Source of the DNA: a phage
Assembly: GCA_033286805.1 (NCBI GenBank)
Contig: GCA_033286805.1_4727.1
Length of the DNA: 64,000 nucleotides
Strand: one strand, 5' to 3'
The notes beneath the pieces were generated by a model. It did not search any database. It was not told the origin of the DNA and saw only the letters and a list, made by a program, of their open reading frames with translations. Position numbers and translations under genes: made by a program. Below are positions 49,858-60,282 of the stretch, piece by piece (position 1 is the stretch's first letter; the number at the start of each line of letters is the position of its first letter).

Positions 49858-51939
49858 ATGTTGGATAGAATCAATCGTTTAATGAACCGAATAACGGTTA
49901 AAAATCAGAGTAACAATACCGTGCATATCGGGGGTATCGATGCCTGGCGTCTTTCAGATGACATTCAGCGAATATGGGGTACCTCCCGATTTATGAAACA
50001 TATGTTTCGTAATTTCTCTTCTAGTGGACTCAGTCTCCACAATTTTTACCTTCCCGATTTCGTTTATATTCTCGAAACGATCATCGAAGCAAAGAATACC
50101 CGCAGTAATAAACGCATGCTGAAACACCTTATTGAGGTACTGCTGCAGGAAACCTGGTTGCAAAATACCACAATCGAGCAACCTGCAATCCTCGATAAAG
50201 CACGCATGAACAAAATGCTAACGCTCTCCCTGTTCGATTATCAAGATGAGTTTATCGACATCTATAACCGTAACGTACCTAAATATCGACTGAAAGGATA
50301 CGTGTGTGCGATGGGTGCGGGTGCTGGTAAAACAATCACCGCATTGGCTTTAAGCGCCGCAATGAACGTCGACGTATTTGTGGTCTGCTGTCCTAAGAAC
50401 ACCATGCGTTCAGCATGGCAATCCGATGTAAACAAAGCCATCGTTGACCCCGCAACAGAAACCGCATTCTGGTCAGATACAATGCCACCATCACAGCTGC
50501 AGAAAAGCGATAAGTATTATTTTCTGCATTACGAGTCGATGGGTTTATTAAACGATGTAATGATCAAGCATAAACGCACCGCGAAGCGAGTTCTTATTGT
50601 TGTTGACGAAAGCCATAACTTCAACGACAAGAACAGCCAACGTTCCCAACGACTGGTTGATCTCGTACAGACGATGCGTCAGACCATGAATGCTGATGTT
50701 CATGTCTTGTTTATGTCGGGTACGCCTGTTAAACAAATGGGTTCTGAGATGATCCCGTGTTTAGGTTGTATTGACCCAATGTTCCAAGGACAGGTGGTCG
50801 ATAGCTTCAAAGCAATTTACGGTTTAACCAGCAGTCGCGCTAACGATATCCTCAGACATCGTCTTGGGTTCATGATGCATGTCGTACCTAAAGAGGCTTA
50901 TCGTAAAACCCGTCCGGAAGTTCAGGACGTTTACGTGAAGCTCCCTAACGGTAGCGATTATACCATCTCAAGTATCCGCGACGACATGGCGATATTTGTA
51001 CGCGATCGGGCAAAGTATTACAAGGATAACTGGGGGCATTACAGAAAGATTTTTGATGACGCCTTGGACTACTATCGTAAGACTATTCGTACCGATGGTG
51101 AACGTAAAGAGCTATCTCGATACGAATCGATTGTTGCTCGTTTCCAGAAAGGTTACGACCCCGTCAGAGACAAAGAAGATGCGATGTTCTGCAACGCGTT
51201 TGAAAAACGTTCCATCATGCCGGTTCTTCCTTCCGATTTAAGGGTTGCTTTCAAAGACGCCAAGAGCGTCATCAAGTACGTTGGGTTGAAAATTCAGGGT
51301 GAAGCGTTGGCACGTGTTCTAGGTGCAGCCCGCATTCGGTGTCATGTCGACATGGTGGAGTACATCGACTTCGAAGGGTACATCAATAACGCCGAAGCCA
51401 AAGTGTTGATCTTCACGTCGTACGTTCAGGTGGTTGAACGCGTCGACAACATGCTTCGTGATGCGGGTTTCTTACCTGAACCCATTTACGGGAAGACCAA
51501 CAAGAACATCAACCAAATACTTGCTCGTCTACGCGATGATCCTGACAGCGGTCCCGCTATCGCAACATTTGATAGCTTAGCTGAAGGGGTTCCGATGCTG
51601 ATGTGTAATGTCGGCCTTTTCCTGAACAATCCATGGCGTTCATCCGATGAAATCCAAGCCATCAGCCGTCTCGATCGTGTAGGGCAAACGCAGCCCGTTC
51701 GGATTTATCGTTTCATGTTGGATACAGGAAGCGAGGGTAACGTTTCTACACGTAGCCACGAAATCATGGAGTTAAGTCGACAGCTTGTTGAAGAAATCAC
51801 GGGTGTCAAATATGTAGTGAACAAGCAAGACGATGTTAACTTGCAAGAAACGTTGGCGATGGAAGGATACGATCAATACGTTACCGTAAACACCACGGAA
51901 TACGATATTAAACCGCGACCTGCATTCTTGGAATGGTGA
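49858..51939 (+). CDS. SF2-type helicase/ATPase
   Basis: Walker A-like CAMGAGAGKTITAL and DExH-like box VLIVVDESHNF. Start set at ATG 49858 (MLDRINRL); the longer track ORF starts at a GTG inside the hairpin. Confidence 0.55.
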   Translation: MLDRINRLMNRITVKNQSNNTVHIGGIDAWRLSDDIQRIWGTSRFMKHMFRNFSSSGLSLHNFYLPDFVYILETIIEAKNTRSNKRMLKHLIEVLLQETWLQNTTIEQPAILDKARMNKMLTLSLFDYQDEFIDIYNRNVPKYRLKGYVCAMGAGAGKTITALALSAAMNVDVFVVCCPKNTMRSAWQSDVNKAIVDPATETAFWSDTMPPSQLQKSDKYYFLHYESMGLLNDVMIKHKRTAKRVLIVVDESHNFNDKNSQRSQRLVDLVQTMRQTMNADVHVLFMSGTPVKQMGSEMIPCLGCIDPMFQGQVVDSFKAIYGLTSSRANDILRHRLGFMMHVVPKEAYRKTRPEVQDVYVKLPNGSDYTISSIRDDMAIFVRDRAKYYKDNWGHYRKIFDDALDYYRKTIRTDGERKELSRYESIVARFQKGYDPVRDKEDAMFCNAFEKRSIMPVLPSDLRVAFKDAKSVIKYVGLKIQGEALARVLGAARIRCHVDMVEYIDFEGYINNAEAKVLIFTSYVQVVERVDNMLRDAGFLPEPIYGKTNKNINQILARLRDDPDSGPAIATFDSLAEGVPMLMCNVGLFLNNPWRSSDEIQAISRLDRVGQTQPVRIYRFMLDTGSEGNVSTRSHEIMELSRQLVEEITGVKYVVNKQDDVNLQETLAMEGYDQYVTVNTTEYDIKPRPAFLEW

Positions 51940-51946
51940 TTAAGAA

Positions 51947-51970
51947 GCTCTGCCTGACATCAGGCAGAGC
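51947..51970 (+). terminator. rho-independent terminator
   Basis: Perfect 10-bp stem GCTCTGCCTG / CAGGCAGAGC with ACAT loop, followed by TTCATGCTGTATTTGTTG; 8 nt after the helicase stop. Confidence 0.6.
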
Positions 51971-52038
51971 TTCATGCTGTATTTGTTGCAAGATCGTATG
52001 ACGTATATGCGTTGTACTTATTTAATAAGGCAGAATAA

Positions 52039-53490
52039 ATGAAACTTAAACAAAGCTGGAAAGACGAACTTCTCGCGTTAGTAAATAGCAAAAACAGTTT
52101 ACAGCTGACATTAGCCGACGTAAAATTTGAGTTAACTGAACCGGTAAGCGAAGTGCCCGGAACGGTTGTTGTTACGATCAAACCGAACGATGATAGCCGT
52201 TACTTTAACGAGCAGTCTCTGACCTACATTCGTCGAGACATCGCTAAAAACTTCACCGGGATCCCGTTACGGGTTATCGTTAAAAATGATACCGCCGTAA
52301 GGGATATCATCAACACGATCGCTGAACGTTACGGATTGGTATTTGACACAACCGTCGACTTCCTCGAATCCGAACTGAATAAACAAATTACGTTCGAAGA
52401 CACCGGTATTAAAGACATTACGGTTCCGGTTGCAAACACGTCTTATGTTTGGGCTGGTAATCTTCAGTTCAATATCGCTAACGATACGTTGAGCTTGATT
52501 ACGATCATCAAGCAAACCAATCTTACGAATCTGGTTTATCTGGATGGTGTTGAATCTAACACATCGGGTTCGTTACTATTAGCAACGACCTCGGTTATCG
52601 GCGAAAACGGAAATGCCGAAACAACTGAAGGTGTCCTTGACGCCGCGTACTTCCAGAATATCCTGAACGTCATGGTTCGTTATGGTGATATTACCAGCGA
52701 ACAAATGCAACAAGCAATGCAGACAATTAACGGAAGCGAAGACGCTCGTAGAGTAGAGGTGCGGTCATACGGTGACGCCGAATTATTGGTAACCACCAAG
52801 AAAGATTGGGTTATCGGTAGCCTTAAGGGTGCTATGGTTGTTGGTCACGCTTCACCTAAACCAATCCAATACGTTCTTAAAACAAAAGGCGGCACCATTA
52901 TATTGTCATTAGATGGTTGGACAAATGTCAATATCGATTGGGGTGATGGGAATAAGACGACGCAGGACTCCGGCGATAATGAATATCAGCACAATTACGC
53001 GGACACTACAGAACGTACGATCGTCGCTACGGGTACCCCTACCAACGTTGAAGATACAGACGTACAGCAAAGCTTCACCGGTGGTAACATCACTGAAATC
53101 GTTGACTGGAACAACGGATTACCTAAGGCCCCATCATTACTTGCGGCGAACAGTTTAATTAAGGTTCCCGATTATATCCCGGCATACTGGACATCGTTAG
53201 AAGGTATGTTTACGCGATGCAGCGCTATTAACGACGTGAACATCACCAAATGGAACACCCGCAACATTACTTCAATGAAGGACCTCTTCTACGGTTGCGC
53301 TACGTTCAACCAACCGATCGGTTCGTGGGATGTTTCGTCTGTTAAGAATGCAGACAATATGTTGTCTGGGTGCTTCGCGTTCAATCAGGATCTGAGTGGT
53401 TGGACATTCCCGGCAGGCACTTCACACATCAACTACGACGCCATGACCGCCGCATGGCAGGCTGGTTATAAACCACACTTCACCGAGTAA
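52039..53490 (+). CDS. fiber/spike-module paralog C with BspA/DUF285-like C-terminal repeats
   Basis: N-terminal module (RRDIAKNFTGIPLRVI ... AERYGLVFD ... VPVANTSYVWAGNL) shared with 2980, 11326 and 15669. C-terminus has MF..C..FNQ..W[DN]VS repeats typical of DUF285/BspA-type repeats. Confidence 0.6.
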   Translation: MKLKQSWKDELLALVNSKNSLQLTLADVKFELTEPVSEVPGTVVVTIKPNDDSRYFNEQSLTYIRRDIAKNFTGIPLRVIVKNDTAVRDIINTIAERYGLVFDTTVDFLESELNKQITFEDTGIKDITVPVANTSYVWAGNLQFNIANDTLSLITIIKQTNLTNLVYLDGVESNTSGSLLLATTSVIGENGNAETTEGVLDAAYFQNILNVMVRYGDITSEQMQQAMQTINGSEDARRVEVRSYGDAELLVTTKKDWVIGSLKGAMVVGHASPKPIQYVLKTKGGTIILSLDGWTNVNIDWGDGNKTTQDSGDNEYQHNYADTTERTIVATGTPTNVEDTDVQQSFTGGNITEIVDWNNGLPKAPSLLAANSLIKVPDYIPAYWTSLEGMFTRCSAINDVNITKWNTRNITSMKDLFYGCATFNQPIGSWDVSSVKNADNMLSGCFAFNQDLSGWTFPAGTSHINYDAMTAAWQAGYKPHFTE

Positions 53491-53512
53491 AAAAAAAAAA
53501 ATAGATAGCATA

Positions 53513-53547
53513 TCTTCCTCCCTACCCATAACGGGCGGGGAGGAAGG
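53513..53547. terminator. bidirectional terminator between convergent genes
   Basis: A11 run, then nested hairpin CTTCCTCCC / GGGAGGAAG, then TTTATGTCAATTTAATTT; between plus gene end 53490 and minus gene end 53564. Confidence 0.6.
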
Positions 53548-53563
53548 TTTATGTCAATTTAAT

Positions 53564-53902
53564 TTAGAACCAGAGTTCTTTCATGAGGTAAGCTTCCATA
53601 TCGTAGATAAGCCACTCGTCAGGGATTTCTAAAGGATCGTCTTCGGTTAAGGTCAGCATGTGCAGGGCGAACGCACGCTTAATATCGTTCAGCAGTTTTT
53701 CGTCGTCGTAACCTTCTGGTAGTTTACGGTCTACCAGCTGGGTTTGTTTATAGACATCGCGGAATGCTTCAGGGCTGTGTTTGTCCATCGGAAATTGTTC
53801 AGCAGCCTGAACCATAGAAAGCGTCCAGCTTACAACATTGTAACGCTCACCGTTAATTTCACTGAACTGATCATCGATTAAACAGATTTGTTGTACATTC
53901 AT
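53564..53902 (-). CDS. hypothetical protein
   Basis: 112-aa acidic ORF. Confidence 0.45.
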   Translation of the reverse strand: MNVQQICLIDDQFSEINGERYNVVSWTLSMVQAAEQFPMDKHSPEAFRDVYKQTQLVDRKLPEGYDDEKLLNDIKRAFALHMLTLTEDDPLEIPDEWLIYDMEAYLMKELWF

Positions 53903-54792
53903 TCATTTTCTCCATTCTTATCTTGGTCGCAATCACACTCTTCGACGTCTTTCTTACTTAAACGTAAGACGCCGAGTGCGGCATGCTTGAGTTCTTGCAA
54001 CGCGCTTTTCAGCTGACCTTCTTCATCGAAATCAAAATACTTCTCGTTGTAGCTTAACGCTGGAATCATATTTACGAGAGGTTCGATGGCGGGCATCAGC
54101 ATTTCAATGACGACCTTAGGATCAACAAAGCGTTCGAACCCTTCAGGAAGTTTGCTCGCTACAACCTTATCGTTTTTGATGTAGAATTTGTTCTTGAACA
54201 AATCGTCAAGAATAGCATTCTCTTCATCCGTACGTTTTGCGTGAGGACGATCGATCATCTGCACAAACACATCGCTCAACGCTTCAGGCAACGTCGGATT
54301 TTCACGAAGATAAGTTCCGGCTGGAATTTCAATATCGATCTTCGTCCACTCAACAACCTGGTGGTCTCGCGTATAGATGACGTCAACTTCCCATGCCAGG
54401 CCATCAGCGCTTTCTACGGTGTAACGTGTTTTCGCCTGGCCTTCAGGAGCCATGCGTTCGATCGCGTCAAACATCTCGACTGGGATTTCGACTTCGCTTT
54501 CCGTCGCATCACCTGGACCACGATACACCTTCGTGGTCATGATGTATTTCGGCTCTTCGTTATCGATCTGGATCGCACGTGCGCGCACCTGACCTTTCAC
54601 GCCACCAACGGCCGTGTTATCAAACAACCACTGATGTTGCACCATATGTTCGATTTTTGATGCGACTTGACGAAGACGTTCAACACCGTCTTCAGCCAGT
54701 TTACCAAAGAAGACCAGCTCACGTTCCTGCTGTGTCTCACCACTTAACATCATTAAATTGGCGATTTGTTTCACGCCTCTTACTTGTGACAT
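53899..54792 (-). CDS. hypothetical protein
   Basis: 297-aa ORF; 4-bp overlap with the downstream gene. Confidence 0.5.
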   Translation of the reverse strand: MSQVRGVKQIANLMMLSGETQQERELVFFGKLAEDGVERLRQVASKIEHMVQHQWLFDNTAVGGVKGQVRARAIQIDNEEPKYIMTTKVYRGPGDATESEVEIPVEMFDAIERMAPEGQAKTRYTVESADGLAWEVDVIYTRDHQVVEWTKIDIEIPAGTYLRENPTLPEALSDVFVQMIDRPHAKRTDEENAILDDLFKNKFYIKNDKVVASKLPEGFERFVDPKVVIEMLMPAIEPLVNMIPALSYNEKYFDFDEEGQLKSALQELKHAALGVLRLSKKDVEECDCDQDKNGENE

Positions 54793-54860
54793 ACATGCTC
54801 CGGTTATAAGGGCCTACATCGAGGCCCCTCATTGATTTTTGATTCCACCAAACGCTATCG

Positions 54861-57491
54861 TTACAATTCAAAATCTTCATCGATAACACGCTGGGTAAGC
54901 ACTTTGTCGCTGAAGAACTCCACCTTGCGCTGATGGTATTTACGGTGCGCTTCGATAGAAGTACATACCAGATACCAGAACGTTGGCGTCATTCCTTCAA
55001 ACTTCCCTTTCAGCTGACGCAGTCGTCCCAACACCTGAATGTTGCCGGTTCGTGACCCCATCGCTAACGTCATGAACGTCATCACCAAGTCAGGAAGGTC
55101 GATACCGGTACCTGCCGATTTCACGGTTGTAACGCTAATATCGTTATCCAGCAAGACCATGAAATCTTCTTCAGCAGTATAAGGACCGATCTCTAGCTCA
55201 GGAATACGTTCACTGAGATAATGCGACAACGACTTACACATATCAACGGTTGCACAATACACCAGCATCTTCATACCTTCCTGATACTGGTTCATAAAAC
55301 CTTTGATAATAACGGTATAGATGAAGTTAAAGTACGCGAGTTTGAGTTGCTTGTTCTTCATGATAGACTGTTCAAATATCGTGTGCGAATAAGCTCCACC
55401 AAACCCTTTGTATCTGACTTTATCTGTACTGCGTAGTCGATATGTTACCGCATTTACCGCAATGTATTTCTTGTATTCGCCTTTCGCATAACGGGCTTCT
55501 TTCGGATACATCAAATACAGCATCTGTTCGATAAACGGATCATCGGATACCGCTGTTGCCGACAGATAAATGATTTCCGGAATATTGGCGTAACACTTGA
55601 CCTTAAACAAGAAATGCAATGCTTCGTGACACTCGTCATGAATCAGCAAACCTATGCCGGTCTTTTCCCAAAACTCAGCGGGATGGAAGGCATATGGCGC
55701 AACGCAGTTATTCTTCTCGTAGTCCGCAATATAACGTTGGAACATGTTCAAGGAGAACAATGCGATTTTGAAGTCGAGTTCACCCTGTTCAACCAAGGTT
55801 TGAAACTCCAGCATGCTGTAACGAGGAATGTCGGGATGCGGTGGATCCTCCTTAGCGTTCCCGCGTATCTCGATAACATCCCCTGGTTCCATCCCGAAGA
55901 AGTTCAGCAGCGAGCTTCGCCAACCTGGCATATACCGTGGAGAAAGTATAATGCCTGTGCGCACACCCCGTCTAAACACGATTTCCTGCGACATCGCGGT
56001 GTTGTGTGTGACGATAAAGTCTTTCACCACAAACAACGCTGAAGGATCATCGATCGTAATGCAACGTGCATCCGCAACACGGGAAGGTTTGATTGACAGT
56101 ACACGCAGCATACTTTCGAAGTATTGTCCGTCGACAGGACAACGTTCCAGCTTCTTCGGAAGTGTAACGATTTCATGTGGACGTTTATACCGTATCGTAA
56201 CCATGTACGCCAATCGTCCCTTATGTCTTTCCCCCTTGTAGGTGTAATACGGTTGTTTAATACGTAGACGAGCATATCCACCGATCGAACGAACCAAGTA
56301 GATAACGTCATCTGAAAGCTGTTTGCTCGAAGTACAGAAAACAATAGATCCGCCTTTATCTACCGTTCCGTCGGTATCGATAAGACCTGCAAGTATTTCG
56401 CAACGCTGTCTATGCGACGCCATCATGTACTGTTTCGGAACAAACTTCTCCCAGGCTCGTTTACCCATCAACCCCAACTGATCAAGCGCGGATGCTGTCT
56501 CCGACCGCCCACCGTAATTGATTAACGTTGCGGCAGGCGTCTTCGTTACCGCATAGTCGTATTTGTCACGGTACTGTATTTCACAGTCATCAGGAAGACG
56601 ACTTAACACCTTATTCAAGATGAAATCGTCAGGAGTTGTAATGATTGGAGATGTCGTTAAATGACCGTCCCCTAACAGAACACCAAGCACGTACGGATCA
56701 AGCGGTAAATCTGCATCAGGAGTATCCTCAGACTCACAATACGGAATGTAAAGTCGTTTATTGGACAGCTCCAGGATACGAATCATCTCAAGTGTATTGA
56801 TAACCCGCATGGGATAAGGATTGTTTTTGTCCCATCCCCAGTTAGGTCTCATGCACGCCCAGAGATGCTCGCCGCAGGCTTCAACACGACGACCGTCAGC
56901 AAAGACAATCTCATAGAGCTGTTTTGCTTTATGGTCGAAGATATTGGTTACCTTCGTTGGTCGGCCATTAGCAGCCGTGATGGTATCACCTAGCTTCAAA
57001 TCGCCTAATTGACGCCATCCGCCAGGGACTTTTACGAGCGTGGTAAGCGGATTCGCTTTACCAGACCCCGTTTGAGCGGTGTTTAGGCTCATTCTGAAGG
57101 GGGTATCCTTACCCCCGTTCATGTACTCCAGCCATTCTTGTTGATCTTCACGCCACGGAAACTTCCATTTCTTTACGAACTCCACTTCCTTACCTGGTAC
57201 CGGATCGTGATAAACGATTTCCAACCACTCTTTTCGGATTCCTCGAGAGAAGATAAAATCCAAAAACGATTTCAACTGTTCGCGGAGTAAGTATACCTCG
57301 CTATAATCGCTTCTCGCTGCGGCGTAGGTGTTAATGGTATCGGTGACCATTCTCCGTGTACGAGGGTCGCGTCGTTTCCGTAGATGCAAACAACGGTCTC
57401 GAAGGTAATGGCCAATCAAATGGGCAAATCGAAGTCCGTATCCGCTCAGCCTCATGCCATGCGAGAAGACGTCGATACGAGCTAACTTCAT
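54861..57491 (-). CDS. SF2 helicase-like ATPase interrupted by an intein
   Basis: Motif I AQTGSGK is followed by ~352 inserted residues ending HN, then T and the rest of the extein including DExH box LLIHDECHE. ATG at 57489-57491 overlaps the beta-prime stop (ATGA). Confidence 0.65.
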   Translation of the reverse strand: MKLARIDVFSHGMRLSGYGLRFAHLIGHYLRDRCLHLRKRRDPRTRRMVTDTINTYAAARSDYSEVYLLREQLKSFLDFIFSRGIRKEWLEIVYHDPVPGKEVEFVKKWKFPWREDQQEWLEYMNGGKDTPFRMSLNTAQTGSGKANPLTTLVKVPGGWRQLGDLKLGDTITAANGRPTKVTNIFDHKAKQLYEIVFADGRRVEACGEHLWACMRPNWGWDKNNPYPMRVINTLEMIRILELSNKRLYIPYCESEDTPDADLPLDPYVLGVLLGDGHLTTSPIITTPDDFILNKVLSRLPDDCEIQYRDKYDYAVTKTPAATLINYGGRSETASALDQLGLMGKRAWEKFVPKQYMMASHRQRCEILAGLIDTDGTVDKGGSIVFCTSSKQLSDDVIYLVRSIGGYARLRIKQPYYTYKGERHKGRLAYMVTIRYKRPHEIVTLPKKLERCPVDGQYFESMLRVLSIKPSRVADARCITIDDPSALFVVKDFIVTHNTAMSQEIVFRRGVRTGIILSPRYMPGWRSSLLNFFGMEPGDVIEIRGNAKEDPPHPDIPRYSMLEFQTLVEQGELDFKIALFSLNMFQRYIADYEKNNCVAPYAFHPAEFWEKTGIGLLIHDECHEALHFLFKVKCYANIPEIIYLSATAVSDDPFIEQMLYLMYPKEARYAKGEYKKYIAVNAVTYRLRSTDKVRYKGFGGAYSHTIFEQSIMKNKQLKLAYFNFIYTVIIKGFMNQYQEGMKMLVYCATVDMCKSLSHYLSERIPELEIGPYTAEEDFMVLLDNDISVTTVKSAGTGIDLPDLVMTFMTLAMGSRTGNIQVLGRLRQLKGKFEGMTPTFWYLVCTSIEAHRKYHQRKVEFFSDKVLTQRVIDEDFEL
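56001..57056 (-). mobile_element. intein with LAGLIDADG homing-endonuclease domain (in-frame within the helicase)
   Basis: Two LAGLIDADG-type motifs (VLGVLLGDGHL; ILAGLIDTDGTV), Hint-like N-terminal block (LKLGDTITAANG) and C-terminal VTHN followed by Thr. Residues ~146-497 of the host ORF; first intein residue appears to be Ala, so the N-boundary is tentative. Confidence 0.65.
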
Positions 57492-59494
57492 AACGTGATT
57501 ACATCCTCCGGTTTAGGTTCTTTACGCGGTAAAAGCATGTAGTCGATCGGATGATCCGGCTTCATGGTTGGGATATAACTGTTCGGGTTTTGGAACGCAT
57601 CCAGTTGCTCTTGGTGAGCGAACTTCATACTCAAGGAGCGCATGTTCATGTTCTTCTTGAAGGTACTGAAGTATCGTGTTGTTCCCTGTTTCGGCATGCG
57701 ATAATCTTTCGTGTGTGGCGAACGAATCATGCTGGCGTAGAGAATAACGTCGAGATGCGAAAGGTTCATTCGCAGACGCTGGGCACACAGGCGATGCCAA
57801 TAATACAGCACGTTTGCAACTTCTTCCGGTGTTGCTTCGTCTTCCGAGAGGAATCCGGCACTGAAAGAACCTTTCCCGAATTTGAACTCACGTTCGATTT
57901 CTTTTGCGTATTCCATCATGTTTTTGTGGATTAACGGCATCTGGAATAACGTACGTGAATTGTCCCAATGTTTCAAGTCGAAAATCACAATCCCGTCAGA
58001 CGTCACTTCCCAGCTATGGCGTTTAAGATAACGGATAAACGCTTTACTCGGGACGACGGGACGTCCACAGAAATCGAAATTGACTTTGAGCTTACGATAG
58101 CTTTCATCTTTCCTGTCGTAAATCTCCATATCACAAAGCGTCATGTTAAACAGACGTTGCGGTATCAGCGAACTGATTTCTTCCGCTTCGGCTACATCGT
58201 ACAACATGTTCGCAAGACCTAACTTCATCTTAATCAGCACGTGTTTACCTTTCAGCTCACGTGCGAGTTTGATGTCGTTCATGTTCTGGCTGTAGCGAAG
58301 GATATGTTGATATTCCGGCGGGATTGGTGCTGTGGATACCGTTGACGAACCATCGTGGTGTTTGGTGGAAAGAATGTTCTGCGTTACCTGTTGCGAACAG
58401 GTACGCGCTGCGCCATCGCCAACATTATCGGTTAGTGCGAAGTTATGACTTAATTCACCATAACACGTTGTACATACCCCAGCAGGATCGGGATGATGAC
58501 AATAGTTAACGGAGCGCATGCGTACCGTCGTGCCGATCAATTCTTTCATGTGTGGTTGTATAGCTACCAACGAACCGTCATCACGAATAATGAATCGACC
58601 ATGGAAGCCACGCAGGTCGGTCTCATCGCGGATTGGCATCGGGATGGTCTCTTTACTACCACAATCACCAGGATGAAGTCGTTGTACAACCGCTGTCGCT
58701 ATCTGAAGTTCACGACCGAAATATTCAGACTTTTTAATCTGCTCTTTGTTGAACAGCAACGATTTCGCCGCAGAACGACTTTCTTTCAAGCTGTCGGGAA
58801 GAGAGATCAAACCAGCTGCGTATGACCGCATTACTGGATCACGGAATATCTCGGAGTTAATATCAGTCAAGAATCCACGCATCCCAATACACTGTAGCAC
58901 CTGCCCAATCGAAACGTGTTCGGTTCTTACCGCACGTGCAATAGGGTTTGCATGTAACGTTTTATCGGTGCTCAGTACCTTCGTCAGTTTCTTGTATGCG
59001 CTTTCGATACCTTCGCGGGTGGGTTCCGCTTCAGCGATGATTTTCTTAACTTCAGGGTGTACAGTAATCTGATAAAAATCATCCGCACAAATAGTTGTTA
59101 CGTATTCCTCCAACGCATACGTAAAGAAGTTATACACATTGTTAAACATATCGAACAATGCTTTCCAGAGAACCTCGCGATTCTCTTGTGGGTAAGCATA
59201 CATACATTGACGATACGCTGCGCTTTGCAACGCAACCGACGAACCAGCAGTAAACTTGCGTTTATCGACCAGGTTCTCTTTTGTCAACGGTGTCTCAGGA
59301 TACATGCGATGCACAGACCAATGCATGTAACTAAAGAAAATGCGTCGCGCACGTAATTCATGAACGCCATCGTCCATCTCGATATATACACGGTCATTAG
59401 GCTGTGCCCATTCGAACACCTCATCAACCGGCCAGTGCATAAGCTCGCGTGCCCTCACACGACGTTTCGTGGTGGTCGTCTGTGTTGTATTCAT
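57488..59494 (-). CDS. divergent multisubunit RNA polymerase beta-prime subunit fragment (C-terminal portion)
   Basis: RMRSVNYCHHPDPAGVCTTCYGELSHN aligns with E. coli beta-prime [26 protein letters not shown]; the following GDGAARTCSQQVTQNILSTKHHDG aligns with trigger-loop region [24 protein letters not shown]. ATG verified at 59492-59494. Confidence 0.65.
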   Translation of the reverse strand: MNTTQTTTTKRRVRARELMHWPVDEVFEWAQPNDRVYIEMDDGVHELRARRIFFSYMHWSVHRMYPETPLTKENLVDKRKFTAGSSVALQSAAYRQCMYAYPQENREVLWKALFDMFNNVYNFFTYALEEYVTTICADDFYQITVHPEVKKIIAEAEPTREGIESAYKKLTKVLSTDKTLHANPIARAVRTEHVSIGQVLQCIGMRGFLTDINSEIFRDPVMRSYAAGLISLPDSLKESRSAAKSLLFNKEQIKKSEYFGRELQIATAVVQRLHPGDCGSKETIPMPIRDETDLRGFHGRFIIRDDGSLVAIQPHMKELIGTTVRMRSVNYCHHPDPAGVCTTCYGELSHNFALTDNVGDGAARTCSQQVTQNILSTKHHDGSSTVSTAPIPPEYQHILRYSQNMNDIKLARELKGKHVLIKMKLGLANMLYDVAEAEEISSLIPQRLFNMTLCDMEIYDRKDESYRKLKVNFDFCGRPVVPSKAFIRYLKRHSWEVTSDGIVIFDLKHWDNSRTLFQMPLIHKNMMEYAKEIEREFKFGKGSFSAGFLSEDEATPEEVANVLYYWHRLCAQRLRMNLSHLDVILYASMIRSPHTKDYRMPKQGTTRYFSTFKKNMNMRSLSMKFAHQEQLDAFQNPNSYIPTMKPDHPIDYMLLPRKEPKPEDVITL

Positions 59495-59639
59495 TATTGC
59501 TTTCCGATTTAAATGGTTTTATCATACGGTTTACCAAATCCGTTGGACTTTACTATCGTTGTGATAGCATCGGGAATCCCTTCCCTTAGGTTATGTAGGT
59601 GTTAATATATCTCCACTGCTGGCCTTTATGTCGGCAGCA

Positions 59640-60125
59640 TTATCCAGCTTTCTGTTGTAAAGCGTATGGATCCATAGCGTCAGACATATCCGCAAAAACG
59701 GTGAGAATAAACCCCTTTATCTGTCTCACCTCGGTTACACGAAGCCCTTTATCATTGCGATATACGTTTTCTTCACCGACCAACTTTGGTCGAATAACAT
59801 AAACTCCATCAACAAGCGGGAATGTCGGATACGGATAAATACCGATACGAATGATGTTTGGGTGATCGCCTAGAAGGTCACGTCCAAACTTATCGACTCG
59901 ACCATAAATCGCCCCATCCACACCTTCCACTTCAATGAGATCGTTTCGAATATCCTGAAATAGCTGCTCTAACGTGTCGGCGGGGTACGTATATGCGACA
60001 CCTAACGCTGGATCCTCAATGGTTTTGACACTGAATCCGTTAAGCCAAACAATCTGTTCATCCGCCCATGTTTCTTCATATACCGTTAATCCATCGCCGT
60101 ATATGTTGGCGTGTGCTATCTCCAT
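59640..60125 (-). CDS. hypothetical protein
   Basis: 161-aa ORF between the RNAP subunit genes. Confidence 0.45.
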   Translation of the reverse strand: MEIAHANIYGDGLTVYEETWADEQIVWLNGFSVKTIEDPALGVAYTYPADTLEQLFQDIRNDLIEVEGVDGAIYGRVDKFGRDLLGDHPNIIRIGIYPYPTFPLVDGVYVIRPKLVGEENVYRNDKGLRVTEVRQIKGFILTVFADMSDAMDPYALQQKAG

Positions 60126-60239
60126 AATCTCATTTCCTCTTATACGTTAGGATAGATGACATGTTGGATATACGTTGCCTTTGCATATATTGCTTTATTT
60201 CCGTCAGAAATAACGGAAAATAAAAACAACGACATAATT

Positions 60240-60269
60240 CCCTCCCACCTCCACATGGGAGAGGGAGGG
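60240..60269 (-). terminator. rho-independent terminator
   Basis: CCCTCCC / GGGAGGG stem followed on the minus strand by GAAUUAUGUCGUUGUUUUUAUUUUCC; just after the stop of gene 60283..60645. Confidence 0.55.
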
Positions 60270-60282
60270 TTATTCGTGTTTA

